DNA of 64,000 nt, taken from NCBI GenBank assembly GCA_002269645.1, contig NIVC01001090.1:5084-69083 (forward strand). Reading direction: 5' to 3'. The notes under the pieces were generated by a model. The model worked only from the letters and a program-made list of their open reading frames with translations, ran no database searches and was not told where the DNA came from. Source of the DNA: Macrostomum lignano (taxonomy: Eukaryota). Below, piece after piece: positions 1 through 13,680 of the stretch; position 1 is the stretch's first letter; each line of letters begins with the position of its first letter. A program made the position numbers and the translations under genes.

Positions 1-168
<168 letters not shown>

Positions 169-409
169 GAGCGCACGAGTGGCAATTTGGCCATTAGCTT
201 AAATTATCACTTCAAATTAGCTGCATTGATTGAATTGTCTATGGTCAAAACAGGACTTTCAGTTAATGACCAGCCGATGATGACTTTACGATCAATGACT
301 GGGGTCTTAACTTTGGTTGTTATCTTGAACAAAAAAGTGCCAGTCGTACAACGCAGTTCATAAAACACCCCTGATTGTTCTAAGCAATTTATTTCATGCA
401 TTCATTTAG

Positions 410-735
410 GCCAACGGGTCGACAGCCTGTTTTACCTCAATGGCCAGATAAAGAACCTTGCCAATGGCTGCGGGCCAGATGAGAGAGGAAAGGAGAGGGA
501 ATAGAGGGAGAGAGAAGTGAGAAGAGGAGATGGAGATGAGAGATGAGAGAAGAGAGGAAAGAAAAGAGAGAAGATGAGAGGAGAAAAGGCAGAAGAGAAG
601 AAAGAGAGGGGTGAGAGGAGGTAAGAGAGCTAAGAAGAGACCTTGAGAAGGCCGGATCGCCATTGTGAAGTTTCAAAGGACCCGAGGGCCGGATAGAGAG
701 GCTTCACGAGCTGTAGTTTGCCGACCCTTGCTTTA
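410..735. repeat. Dispersed GA-rich repeat (copy 1; related copies near 28636-28800 and 30770-31214)
   Basis: All three places share the head G(C/T)GG(C/T)CAGATGAGAG followed by a long purine-rich tract. Confidence 0.6.
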
Positions 736-924
736 GGCGGTTGTTCCAGCTGAGGAAGAATACGTTTGATGCCACCAAAAAATCCCTACAGTCTCCCATT
801 TCTGTAGCGTAATCTTCACAGAATTCAACTTTAGACTGTTTTTCACCATAACAGTGCATAGAAATTTCAAACACCCTTCATTAGTAGTCCGTTAATCAAG
901 CAGCCTCCGGCCCCATCTCTGCAG

Positions 925-3485
925 ACCCAACAGCAGTACAAGACCAATGAGAGCGGCTCGGGTCCGTCTCTCAAGTCAAAGTACATCACGGCTCTGTACT
1001 TCACCTTCTCCAGCCTGACCTCGGTGGGTTTCGGCAACGTATCTCCTAATACTAACATGGAGAAAGTGTTCAGCATCTGCGTGATGCTCATCGGCAGCCT
1101 GATGTATGCCAGCATCTTTGGCAACGTCTCCGCCATCATTCAGCGCCTGTACAGCGGCACCGCGCGCTATCACACCCAGATGCTGCGAGTTCGCGAGTTC
1201 ATCCGATTCCACCAGATCCCCAACCCGCTGCGCCAGCGGCTCGAGGAATATTTCCAGCACGCCTGGTCCTACACCAATGGCATCGACATGAACCTGGTGC
1301 TAAAAGGCTTTCCGGAGTGCCTGCAGGCCGACATCTGCCTGCACCTGAACCGCAACCTGCTGCGCAACTGCCCCGCATTCCGCGAAGCGAGTCCCGGTTG
1401 TTTGCGCACGCTGTCGTTGAAATTCAAGTCGACTCACGTGCCGCCTGGAGACATCCTGGTGCACCGGGGTGACATTCTCAGCGCGCTCTACTTTGTTGCC
1501 AGGTACAAATAGCTCCTTCTGGATACCTTTTTACTCCTTTGTGTGCTCACTTCAGTAGGTTGGTGCGTAGACATTTAGTGCGTAGACTCGCCATCTAGTG
1601 CCCCCATTTGGGGCGCCCAATAAGCAAGGAACAAAAATCATTTGTGTGAACCCTATTTGCCTTGAAATCTCCGCAATTCTATTCGACCTTGTCTTTAATT
1701 ACCTCGTCCGTCGTCCCATCGTCAAAGGCGTCACGAGACAACGGTAGACAACTTCGGAACAGAGCTTCAAATTTTTTCCATTTTTACGTGCAAGGGCTAT
1801 GTTCCTTGGAAACTATGTTCTTACGTCCCTACAAGTATAAACCATATTTCCATTGCTTACCACCGTCATTATCAGAGGCAGCATCGAAATCCTCAAGGAG
1901 GACACAGTGCTGGCCATCCTGGGCAAAGATGACATCTTCGGCGAGATGCCCTGCGCCTACGAGACAGTCGGCAAGTCACGTTGCAACGTGCGCGCCTTGA
2001 CCTACTGCGACCTGCACAAAATCCAGCGAGAGGATCTCATTGAAACGCTCGAGATGTATCCCGGCTTTGCTGAGAACTTTGTCCGCAATCTGGAGATCAC
2101 GTTTGACCTGAGAGATGAGGAGCTGTCTCTATCGGGCCGGCGACGCCTCGTAGTAAGTCCTTGGTAGATCTTGGTAGTCCTTGATAAGTCCTTGGTAGAA
2201 ACAAAAAATTGTCGGAAAATTCCACCGAATCACCGCTACGGTTTTTACAGAGCAGTCATTCGACACATCGGGCCAGCAGAATTGCGACGCCTCGTCGCGA
2301 AGCAGCGGAAAGTCGGCGCCGCAATCGCCAGTCACCGCCGTCGCTCGGATGATGGCCGAGGCGGCGCGAAGTCAAGGCAGCCGCCTGCTGCTTGGCATGT
2401 CGACGTCGTCGCAGAAACAGCAGCAGGAGCAGCGTCAGGCGTCCTCACCGACGCCGCCACCGCCGCCTCCGCCTGCCCCGCTATTGACATCAATGACGGC
2501 TACTACGACAACCGCGGCAACCGCTTCGCAGGCTGGTCGGCAGCGAAAAAGCTGGGCGAATCTGCGCGAATCCGCGGATCCGGCCTCTATGGGGGGTCGT
2601 CAATTTCTCCTGGCTCCGCCGTCGGCAACTCCGTCCTGTGGGATGTCGAGCGGCGGAGGCATACTGGAGTTCTCGCCAGCCAAAGCTGGCCTGGATGTGA
2701 CGCCGGCCAACTTTGATTTCGCTTCGGGAGCTGCACACCGACAGGCGGTGCAGGGGGCGGCCAGCAGCGGAAGTGGTCTAGCTCACAGGGCGGTTTCCAC
2801 TCTGCAGAGCATGGTTTTTGGCCAGGTGGGTAGACAAGACCATTGGGCTAATTGGGCTTGGGATCCGGAACTCGATGCTAAATTGGTAGTTTTGGATCTA
2901 GAAATTTATGCTGCATCGGTAGTTTGGGATCGGTAACTCGGTGCTGCATTGGTAGCTTGGGACTAAGAATGCTGCATTGATCGTTAAGATTTGCAACTGG
3001 CAACTTTGTTTCAGGCTTGAAATCAAATTGAAGTCAAAGATCCAGGAACAGGTACTTTCTGAATTCTGCTATTTAAATTTAATTCAACCGCCTCACCTCG
3101 CCAGCACCAGCACCAGCCAGAGGCTCGGTCAGTCAGCCAAGCCAGTCAGGACACTCAAGCGACCACCCTGATCACTACGTCGGCAATGCCAGCGTCGACA
3201 ATAGTCGAAACGGCTCCGTCGACTTCGTTGGCTCTGGAGCAACTCTATGCCAAGGTGGCATCGCTGGAGGAGCACCTGGACAGACTGGAGGCCAAGCTGG
3301 AGACGGACCTACAGACTGTGCTGCACCTGCTGGGCGGCGGAGGGGAGCAGATGCCGGCTGCAGGTGACGAAGACATCTCTGCTGCTGATGCCGCATCCGC
3401 ACGCGCTGAAGATCCCAGTCCGGTTGTCTGCACCGTTCGGGAAGCGAACGGAACTGTCCGAGAGATTCGACGAACATCGCACTGA
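925..3485 (+). CDS. KCNH2: ERG-type (KCNH2/6/7-like) voltage-gated K+ channel, 3' exons only: 925-1502, 1876-2152, about 2253-2825, 3105-3485
   Basis: Pore [12 protein letters not shown]6, C-linker ([12 protein letters not shown]), CNBHD ([11 protein letters not shown]) and a C-terminal coiled coil ([16 protein letters not shown]). GT-AG junctions keep the frame; the exon 3 acceptor is ambiguous (2253 or 2256). 5' exons lie upstream of the window. The exact paralogue cannot be assigned. Confidence 0.93.
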
Positions 3486-5084
3486 GATTTGGGATGACAT
3501 CGAATAGATTTCAATTGAGCACTCGAAATAACGACTTAACTTGGCGTTGAAGTCTGTACGCGCCCCTAACTTAATTTTTGTTGATTGTTAAAACATTATT
3601 TCGTTTTAAAAAACGTTTTAAATGTGCTAACCCCGTACGGACATTCAATACCGTTTTAGAGAGTGCAGCAACCAATGCCAGCTCGTAGACTTTTGCGCTT
3701 TCTGACGTAAGCTTGATTGAGATCTAGAAGAACTGAACCGACAAAATATGATGAAATGTTAAAAATTTATCAAATTGGCAAATAATTTTATATCATATAC
3801 TTATATTTAACTTGATTTTGCTTCAATTACAAAGCTAAGACTTGAAGTTGCTGGATAAATATCAGACTGATACAAAAAATTGACTTGATTGAAGCTTCCT
3901 AGCGCGATACCTCGTATGCAGCGCTAGATTCGGCTAAATGGATAATCCTCCCGAGGGAGTGGAGCGAGGTCCGTGGGGGCATTTCCTGCCTAGCATTCGC
4001 AGAAACCAAATGGTCAAACTGTTGTTTCGGCTATATGCCTGCGCACTTTGCCTTTTTTACATTCCTTCCTGCGGGAGTGGGGCAGAGCCTTTCAGGCGCT
4101 CTCTGGTTCCTGCAGCCCAGGTAGGTAGCAGGCGGACTTTGCGGGCGCATTAGGAGGTTAGGGTCGGACGGTTAGCCCGCAAAACCAGGGGGATTCAACT
4201 GTCAGGCGAGTGCACGGAGGTTGCATCAGGTTTTAGGGTTCGTCAGTAGCTTAGTAGCTAGGTAGGCAGGCAGACAGGCAGGCGGATGTACGGGCGTCGA
4301 GATAAGTTCCGCGGCCTTCACCCGCCCACTTCGGCCAGCAAGCCGATTTGCGCACTAACTTCAAGGAAGGAACGAAAGCGAACCAATAATTTCAATCAGT
4401 TGTACAGCACCCCGCCCTCATCATCTCTCTCCGCCTATTTTCTCCAGTGTTTCAAAGCGGATCGCATTCATCCCTCACACTTTATTTGGCAAGTTTGACT
4501 TCAAGCGCCTGGCAAGATTTTTTGCCTGAATCTGCAAGTAGCTCGCAGCCTCAGAATTTTTCAGACACTCAGAACGATAAATAGACAGAGTGCAGGAGAC
4601 CGATTTAAGGGGTTCAGTCTCTGACAGAATCGAAGAGGATTTTGTGCAAAACCGATCAATTCGAAGGTTTCCGCTGTAAGTCGCTGCGGAGCATTTTTTG
4701 TTTCTTACATTTTCTTTCTTGTCTACTGTGCGAGCGTAGGCATCAGTTGTAGTTTTAAATGGAGAAATATCAAAGAGATAAATGAGAGTACATTAAATTT
4801 ACTAGAACCTGAGCTATTCCAGCGAAATCTTTTAACACCTTGGAGCCTCACTAGGTCTTCTCGCTAGATTTTTTGATGCTCCATGGAGAGACACTTCACC
4901 GTGTCTATCAGCACCCAGCCAGATTTCATGACATCTCTTTTGATCCAGAATTCCTCACCCTGTTTTTAAGACGTAATGCACAAAAACACGAAAGACACTC
5001 GTGAGGTCCAAAGCCCGGGCATGGAGGGTGCGTAAATGCCAGACAAATGGAAAGTTAGGGGCGCCGTAAACCCTGCGTGAGCAT

Positions 5085-5832
5085 GCGTCTGCTGCGTACA
5101 TGTCCGTATGTGTGTTCCTGCTGCGTACATATCCGTTTGAGTGTGCCTGCTTCGTACATATCCGTATGTGTGTTCCTGCTGCGTACATATCCGTTTGAGT
5201 GTGCCTTTTTTATTAGAGGCAGGGGGGTTGTGTGCACCCTGGCGCACTTTAAGCGACATTGGCACACAACCGGCGAGAGGCATTACTGCCCATTCCGACG
5301 ACTCCCCTGAGCAGGCATACAAGCGCGCGGATACGTACGCAGGCACACACTCACACAGGAGTGTACAGCGGCCCTAACTTTATTTTATCGTTAGGCATGT
5401 ACACTTCACTGCGCCTTGGGGGGTTGGCTCTCAAGGCCGTTAATTGCACGAGCAGAGCCAAGCCGAGATTCCAATTCAGCCCCAAATTAATGCGACTGCA
5501 CTTGGAATCGAGCCTGGGTCGCTGGCACACCAGAGCCTGCGCTAGACCGCTGGGCTACGGCCCCCCATGTGTGTGCCTGCTGCGTACATATCCGTATGTG
5601 TGTGCCTGCTGCGTACGTATCCGTATGTGTGCCTGCTGCGTGCATATCCGTATGTGTGCCTGCTGCGTACATATCCGTATGTGTGCCTGCTGCGTACATA
5701 TCCGTATGTGTGCCTGCTGCGTACATATCCGTACTGTATGTGTGCCTGCTGCGTACATATCCGTATGTGTGCCTGCTGCGTACATATCCGTATGTGTGCC
5801 TGCTGCGTACATATCCGTATGTGTGCCTGCTC
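5085..5832. repeat. 27-bp minisatellite (GTGTGCCTGCTGCGTACATATCCGTAT), blocks at about 5085-5200 and 5569-5832
   Basis: Direct tandem copies are visible; they explain the CACCVHIRM-type ORFs. Confidence 0.9.
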
Positions 5833-6089
5833 AGGGTTCAGCAGTATATGAATGACTGCTTTCCTTCCTGTCGCATTGATTCTTAACTGTGCTCAAGGCA
5901 AGGCCCTGCGAACTGACTGACTAGACGATGCATCACTAGCATTGCAGCATGACTCCATGCATCGTACTGGCCTTCTGACACTCAGCCACTAGAAAAGTCC
6001 ATGCATTTTTTTGTTTCTTATGAAATGTCGAAATTCCGTTTCCAGTCAACTCAAAACGCCGTCTCCAGCCTCGACCGTAAAGCAAAAAA

Positions 6090-7252
6090 ATGATCAACGA
6101 CTTCTTCCGACGCCTCGATGGCGAATCAAAACGGTCCTCCGACCATCACCAGTCGAACAACAGTGGTGGTGGCGGCGGCAGCGGTGGCAGCGGCGGCGGC
6201 GGCGGCGGAGTTCGCGGCCACGTGGAGAAGCAGTCGGACGGCTCGCTGCTGTACCGGGTGGCGTTTGACGTTCACGGATACGGGCCGGACGACCTGCGCA
6301 TCAGCCTGATTGGCGACCGGACCGTCCAGGTAGGTTAATCACTTTCATTTACTTTAAATAGACTTTAAATAGATAAAATTTTGTGTTTTCGTGCCGTGAC
6401 TTTATCAGTGGTTCAAGGAGGTACCCTGCTTACTATGATAGATTTTTTATCATTTTATGCTATCTGTAGGGAGTAAAATCAATGAAATTGCTCTACATCT
6501 AAGCGAATTAGACACCCGTTCTGATCTAATGGCACCTCAAGGTGTGGTCATTCATCAATAAATATCCCCCAGTTCATTAGCGCACCAAAAGCCACATAGC
6601 TTACAGAGAGTTCTTCTCCGACACCACCGCACCGCAGGTGTCCGGCAGGGCCAGCCTGTCCGACGCTGGCTCTGGCAAACGGACCAACGTATCCTTCGAC
6701 GAGCAGTTCACCCTGCCGGATGGGGTGGACACCAGCCAGCTGCGCTCGATGGTGACCAACGGTCAACTGGTTTTGTCGGCGCCGATTTTGTCCAGCGGCG
6801 TCAAGTCGTCCAACTCAACTCTTCTGACTCCATCATCCGCTCAGCGGCAAGCTCAGAATCCTCCTGCTTCATCGCAGCAGCATCATCAACAGCAACAGCA
6901 ACAGCAGCAACAGCAGCAGCAGCAACAACCACAGCACTCAACACTGAAACGGGTGAGCCTCTATCAGCTCGAGCTGGACCTTGGCCGGGGAGAGTTCTCC
7001 GCCAGCGACGTCCGCGTCGCCACCACCGATTCTGGCGCTCGCCTGGTGGTGCACTGCCAGCGACAGGCCCGCAGCGCCGGCAAAACCTCCTTCAGGGAGT
7101 TCCGTGACGAATTCGACCTGCCGACGGGCCTTGACTTGGCCCGCATGACCGCCAGGCTGCGCAGCGACGGTCGCGTGTTCGTCGAAGCGCCGTTCCGACC
7201 GGAGCCGGAGCCCGGGTTCGAGTCCCAGCCGCTAACTGTGGTGCATCATTGA
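6090..7252 (+). CDS. Small heat-shock protein with two alpha-crystallin domains; exons 6090-6329 and 6638-7252 (284 aa)
   Basis: Domain 1: FDVHGYGPDDLRISL...FDEQFTLPDGVD...NGQLVLSAP. Domain 2: LDLGRGEFSASDVRV...FRDEFDLPTGLD...DGRVFVEAP. A poly-Q linker separates them; the phase-0 intron is CAG|GTAGGT...GCAG|GTG. Confidence 0.85.
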
Positions 7253-9080
7253 ACACTCGTATATTGTTGTTAGCTATCCCCGCCTGTCTTTGTCCGTAAT
7301 TTAACTACCCGCAGGCCTCAAATAAGTTTTTTTGCAACCAATATTTACTTACTGACTGAGTTTTGTGTCTCGCTGTAAGTCTTACTTGGCTTCAGTGCTG
7401 CTGTTGCTTCAGATTTTCACGGACAATTTTCATGTGTGAAACGCATTGCTGTCTCAGCTTTCGCTTGGCTGGCTCTGTAGACTCAGAATCCGATTTTTTG
7501 TTCAGAAGATTCATAACACATTTTATTACAAAAGACTCTCTCAGTTCCGTGTTAGCACGCTTAGCCTAAGTCAGTAGTATGTCGAGCGCATTTTGTACTG
7601 CTTTGGTTTGTTTAATTTTGCAAAGCTCATTGTTAGCCGCTGCTGTGCATGGGTTGCTCTCTTCCACCATGATCTTATCTTATAAGCTTTTAAATTCGTT
7701 TTCGGTCATTAATAATAAAAATTGTCTCGTTCGTTCGACTTGCTTTGCTTTCCACTGCAAGCCAGTGTGGGAAACTCAGTTTTTTTAGGCCTAATTTTTT
7801 ATCTAGTAAACTTATGGATTTAAAAATGATATTATCCACACCTCTGGAACATCCTCAGATCCTCAAAAACTTATTCTAAATACTAAACACCCACGAAATA
7901 ATAAAGTTTAAGGGACCATGCTTGGGTTTTTGTGTCACAGCGTGGATTTCAGCGTGGTAGGGTAGAGATGCTGGTATTTTATTTGATTTTTTGTAACTTT
8001 TTGTAACTGATACCAACTGAAATCCTGGCTGTCACCTTGACATCCTGAATTTGGAGTTGGGATATCACTGAGCCTAAAAACACCCAGGATGTGTTGAATT
8101 GGTGTCGTTTCACTGGATATTGCAAAAAACTTTTTTTAAATGTGACAGACGCTTGGCACTTGGCATGTCCCAAAAACTTTCGCTAGGAGGGGGGGGGGGC
8201 AAACACCCCCTGCCCCTAAAACTGAAAGCATGCAGTCACTTTTCGTTTAATTCTCATCAAAATCCAAAATTCAAAATGCATAATTCAAAGCGGCGCATTC
8301 CTCTCGCTGAAATCTGGACATTCTCGAGGCCTGCCTGATCGATGTCGCGAAACTGCCGAAGCCAGCCTCCCAGCCTCCTCCATCGGGTCGGAACTCGGGC
8401 CGCACCCCGTGTCTGCCCTCCCCCCCCCTCTGTTCCCCATTCTCCATGAATCTGAAATGAAGTCCTGAGGGGGGAGGAGTGGGGAGTCTGGGAGCGAAAT
8501 TTTTGTTTGCCCATTTGTGAGTCAGATTGGGAAATCGGAGGAGACGGACGCCGACTCTCAAACACACAATCTCCCTCTCTCCCCCCCCCACAAGTCATCG
8601 GCTTGGCCGGCCCTTCAGGCCAGAGAAAGCGGCTTCAGCTCGAGCCCGGCACCAGCCCAACCCCCTCCCCCCCTATTCTCTCTGCAGCTGCAGCTGTGAG
8701 CTGAACTAAGCTGAATAATTCACGGACTCTCCCAGCGCTTGGCAGGAGCAGAAGAAGCCTGCGCCTGCATGGCGTGGATCAGCAATCGCTTGGATGAGGC
8801 GGCGGCATTGAGACAATGCCCTGATGAAGGAATAATAGGGGGAGACTCTGCAGACCAACTCAGAAGATAACGATTTAACAAATTACAAGTGACAAGTGGC
8901 ATGTTTTTACCTTTTAGCGTTTCATTCGAATCGAAGAGACAGTTTCTTAAAACTTTTAACATTGTCCAAAAATCGTTTAAGTTTTGAGCTTGGGAAATTG
9001 ACTTTTTTATTTTAGTATTTTTTGCAAACGCTCCGAGATACATGTAGATTTGAAAGCAACAGTATTTGCCGACTATAGAC

Positions 9081-9615
9081 CCCGGGGTTAAGACCATAGA
9101 CTGTAGCTCTGCTGTTCTCCAAAAGCTAGTGTCTGTGGCCCTATCCCCGGGGTTAAGACCATAGACTGTAGCTCTGCTGTTCTCCAAAAGCTAGTGTCTG
9201 TGGCCCTATCCCCGGGGTTAAGACCATAGACTGTAGCTCTGCTGTTCTCTAAAAGCTAGTGTCTGTGGCCCTACCCCCGGGGTTAAGACCATAGACTGTA
9301 GCTCTGCTGTTCTCTAAAAGCTAGTGTCTGTGGCCCTACCCCCGGGGTTAAGACCATAGACTGTAGCTCTGCTGTTCTCTAAAAGCTAGTGTCTGTGGCC
9401 CTACCCCGGGGTTAAGACCATAGACTGTAGCTCTGCTGCTCTCCAAAAGCTAGTGTCTGTGGCCCTAACCCAGGGGTTCAGATAGTAGACTGTAGCTCTG
9501 CTGCTCTCTAAAAGCTAGTGTCTGTGGCCCTACCCCGGGGTTAAGACCATAGACTGTAGCTTCTGCTGCTCTCAAGCATTAGCAGCACCCAGTGTCTGTG
9601 GCCCTAACTCCGGGG
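9081..9615. repeat. 65-bp tandem repeat, about 8 copies
   Basis: Unit CCCCGGGGTTAAGACCATAGACTGTAGCTCTGCTGTTCTC(C/T)AAAAGCTAGTGTCTGTGGCCCTA recurs with a 65-bp period. Confidence 0.93.
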
Positions 9616-10512
9616 TTTTTGGGGCCTCGTAGACGGCTGCTAAATATATTAGCGAATGCTGAAGTGACGCATCTATGTAATACAGAATCTGTGCTCGAGA
9701 TTTCGTTGGCATCTTAATACGCTCGTAGAATCTTGATGAAACCGAACTACTTGTAATTTGTCACCTGTAGATAGATTTACAACGCTCTTCTGGAAGAACG
9801 GATTCAAGCCGGGAAATTTTAGCCAATCCAGCCAGCCGGAGTCAGTCAGTCGTCAGTCAGCAGGGCTTTGGCAGGTTTGCTGGGTCACCTACTGGCGCCC
9901 CTCTCCACCTCCCCTCAGCAATATTCCCAGATCCCCATTCCTGCCTACCCGGGGCCTTGCTGGGCGATGCGAGGGAGGGGGGAGGCCGCAGGCCCGGAAT
10001 GAGGGCAGAAGAGAGAAGGGAGAGGGGGAGGCTGGGGAGAGACGGGGGGTGCGCCAGAACACTCATCTAATATTCCATTTGCAAAGCTAAATAATTAATG
10101 AGGTGAGCTTTTCTTCTGTTGGCGATGGTAGGTCTGTTTGAGCCGCGTGAATATTTAATGGGCCGTGTGTTTGACGCCGCGATACGGTCTGGGCCTCAAT
10201 AATTCAGGCGCACACTTAGCATTTATGCATAGAAATAGAGGCAAATTCAAAAGAAGCCAAACTGGAAGCTCAACTCCTCGCTTTTGGAGCAGCAGGCAGG
10301 AAGGCAGGCAACTCCCCGGGCAAAGTCTCTCTCTCTCAGTTCCCTCTCTGTCACTTGCTCCCGGCAGCTGACTGCCGCACCGTTATAATCCTGCAGGAAT
10401 CGGCGGCAGCAGCAGCAACAAACCGTTTGCCGAATATTTTCTTCTGCTGATTGTTGTCAATTGGAGATAAAAAGCCTCGTTTGAACGCGACTTTGGCGCG
10501 GTGTCGTCACTC

Positions 10513-12927
10513 ATGGCGGAGACCACCATCGGCGAGGTGAGCAGTCGAAGTCTGCTGTCATCAGCTGCTCAGCAGGCCATCGAGCGGCGATACGAGGACT
10601 GCGAGGTGAGGACCACCTTTGTAGACTTTTATAGATATCTAGTAGGTAGAGGGTCGATTCCTAGTAGATTGGGTAGATTAGCAACACGGATTGAGTGTAG
10701 ATTTTCAGCAAATTGTCGATAAATTTCTGGTAGATTGTCGATAAATCTCTCGTAGATAGTCAATAGATTTCTGGTAGATTGTTGATAGATTTCTGGTAGA
10801 TTGTCGATAGATTTCTGATAGATTTCCGATAGATTTCTGATAGATTGTCGATAGATTTCTAATAGATTGTCAATAGATGTCTGATAGATTGTCGATAGAT
10901 TTCTTTGTAGATTGTTGATAGATTTCTGGTAGATTGTCGATAGATTTCTTAGATTTCTGATAGATTGTCGATAGATTTCTTCGTAGATTGTCGATAGATT
11001 TCTGTTAGATTATCGATAGATTTCAGGTAGATTGTCGATAGATTTCTGGTAGATTATCGATATATTTCTGGTAGATTACCGATAGATTTCTGATTGATTA
11101 TCGATAGACCTTCATCATCCGACAATAATTCTGGAACTACAAGACGGAAGAATGAAATTGGGGTGGGCAGGAAAAGTGAGATGGTGAGAAATGTGTGATG
11201 GTGAGAATATCGGGGGCGGGAGAAGTTGGGGTGGCGCTCCCGACTCCGCTTTCCCCACTTGTTTGCTCACGCCCCCTGCCCAAGCCGCCAGCCGCCCCCA
11301 GTTTAATTGGAGTTCATTCAGGCCTCGCACTGAATATTTAACGGGATTTACAATGCAGACTCAAGCAGACTAAAAATTCACCCAAAAAGACATCGACAGG
11401 ACAGCCGTTGCTAACACAGATCCTCACCTGTGCCGCACCGACTTCCCGCTTCCTCAGGCAAACAGCGGACCCGTGGATCTCATCAAGCGGACGGGACAGG
11501 TCGGCACAGCGCCGGCCGAGGCCCGGGGACGCTCGCCGCAGCAGCCGTCCAAGACTTTGGCGTCGGCAGCAACGCCGAACGGAACCGGACAGCATCAGCC
11601 GCCTGGTGGCATGCGAGGCAGGAAGCGCGGCGCTCATCCCGCAGCCGCCTCGGCGTCTCACTACCATCAGCACCATCACCAGCTCTTTGTCCAGCCTGCT
11701 GCCAAGCATCCATCTTTGTCCGCGACAACGTCCTCAGTTCCCGTGTCGGCAGTCTCCTCGGTGGCAGCTGCGGCGGTCGCGGCGGCGGCTGCGGCGGCTG
11801 CGGCGGCGGCAGCATCGGCCAATTCGTCGACGTCCTCGGTGGCTACCATATCTTCGTCTTCGTCATCCTCGACGTCAACTTCTGCCGCGGCAGCGGTGGC
11901 GGCAGCGGCCGCAGCGGCCGCCAGCGGCTGCTTTAGCTGCCAGTCGTGCCGGATGACGTTTGCCAATCGCGACGCCCTGGCGATGCACATGATGGACAGC
12001 GTGCGCAACAACGGCACCTGCGCCACGGACAGCGGCGGCGGCAGCGGCGGCGGCAGCGGCGTCGGTCTTGGCAGCCATGACCACGTCGCCGGAAGCCGCA
12101 GTCAGGCGCCTCATTCAAAGCCGGCTTCCGCTGGCATCCCGGTGTGCCGCCTGTGCGGAGAACGAATGCCCAGCGAGGAGTCGCTGGCGGTGCACATGCT
12201 GGCGCACGCGGCCGCCTGCCAGCAGCAGCAGCTGCCTCCGCCACCGCCGCAGGCACCGACGCAAGCTGCGCAGCCGCAACACCAGCAGCTGCCGGAGGGC
12301 CTCCAGCTGCCGCCGCTCCTCCGGCCGGGGCTGGCTGCCTACACCGACTACCTTCAGAGCCTCGTGCACCTGGCCTCTCCGCTGATGCACTCACAGACAA
12401 ACCTGTCGTCTCAGCCGCCACCGCCGCCGCCTCCACTGCCGCCACAGCCTCCGACAGCGTCGCTAGCCTCGCCCCCGTTGGCAGAGGACAAGGCCGGAGT
12501 GCTGGCGCAGTCACCCAAGACCTCCTCGCCGTCGGCGCCGAAATGTAGAAGCGCACCTGCCGGCGCGGCTGTCAGTTCCGCATCGTCGGCGGCGGCGACC
12601 ACCATCGGCTCCTTGATGCCTGCATCGCCGCAGCTGCTACACGCGGCCCAGTTGCATCCGCAACACCACCAGCAGCAGCAGCAGCAGCCGAAGTCGCCGC
12701 AGTCAACCAGCGACGGTGGCTGCAGGTCGGGTACTCCTGGAACCGGAGCCGTCAGCACTGGCGGATTCCCCCACGTGTGCCCTCACTGCCTGATTGGCTT
12801 TGTTGACCAGGTCATGTACTGCCTGCACATGGGCCTGCACAACCTCAACGAGCCATTTCAGTGTAACATGTGCGGCAGAGTGCTGGCCAATCGGCAGCAG
12901 TTCGCCTCGCACACGTTGCACTATTGA
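10513..12927 (+). CDS. C2H2 zinc-finger protein, Ikaros/hunchback family; probable exons 10513-10605 and 11458-12927
   Basis: The C-terminal finger pair CPHCLIGFVDQVMYCLHMGLHNLNEPFQCNMCG...FASH matches the Ikaros/Hunchback dimerisation fingers. Two isolated fingers lie upstream, with poly-A/poly-Q tracts. The acceptor CCTCAG|GCA at 11457 is phase 0. Exon 1 is less certain (a second in-frame donor sits after 10536). Confidence 0.82.
10715..11108. repeat. 22-bp intronic minisatellite (GTAGATTGTCGATAGATTTCTG)
   Basis: Tandem, slightly degenerate copies are visible. Confidence 0.9.
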
Positions 12928-13059
12928 CTGACTGACTGACAGCATCGATTTTCTTTTGCGCACACAGAAACCCTTGCTGGCTTCTTTGTTTAGATTTGTG
13001 CAACTGTAAACCTAGTCATCATTTCACCTGGATCCTCCTTCCATCACCCACCCCCTCTA

Positions 13060-13680
13060 TCCAGACAAGCACCTCCCTCCGTGCCCCAGACCCCTCTCCA
13101 ATCACCCACCTCCCTCCGATCCCCAGACCCTCTCCAATCACCCACCTCCCTCCGTGCCCCAGACCTCTCTCCAATCACCCACCTCCCTTCGATCCCCAGA
13201 CCCTCTCCAATCACCCACCTCCCTCCGTGCCCCAGACCCCTCTCCAATCACCCACCTCCCTCCGTGCCTCAGACCCCTCTCCAATCACCCACCTCCCTCC
13301 GATCCCCAGACCCTCTCCAATCACCCACCTCCCTCCGTGCCCCAGACCTCTCTCCAATCACCCACCTCCCTTCGATCCCCAGACCCTCTCCAATCACCCA
13401 CCTCCCTCCGTGCCCCAGACCCCTCTCCAATCACCCACCTCCCTCCGTGCCCCAGACCCCTCTCCAATCATCCCAGACCCCCATCAAGTCACCCATCCTC
13501 CGCTGTGCCCCAAACCACTTTCAAGTCACCCACCCCCACTGTGCCCCAGATCCCTATCTAGTCACCCACCTCCCTCTATGCCCTAGTCCCCTATTCAGTC
13601 ACCCACCTCCCTCTATGCCCCAGTCCTTATCCAGTCACCCACCTCCCTCTATGCCCCAGTCCCCTATCCAGCCAACTACC
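13060..13680. repeat. C-rich 35-37-bp minisatellite
   Basis: Repeated unit GTGCCCCAGACCC(C)TCTCCAATCACCCACCTCCCTCC, degenerating towards the 3' end. Confidence 0.92.

Noticed and set aside
4955-5886. Cys-rich ORFs (also the Pro-rich ORFs at 12996-13695 and the repetitive ORFs at 15208-15784 and 31491-32639)
   Set aside because: They are translations of minisatellites or subterminal repeats and are open in several frames at once.
9081-9615. CRISPR-like array (also considered for 15277-15815 and 19503-19709)
   Set aside because: The units are contiguous with no unique spacers, there are no cas genes and the context is eukaryotic.
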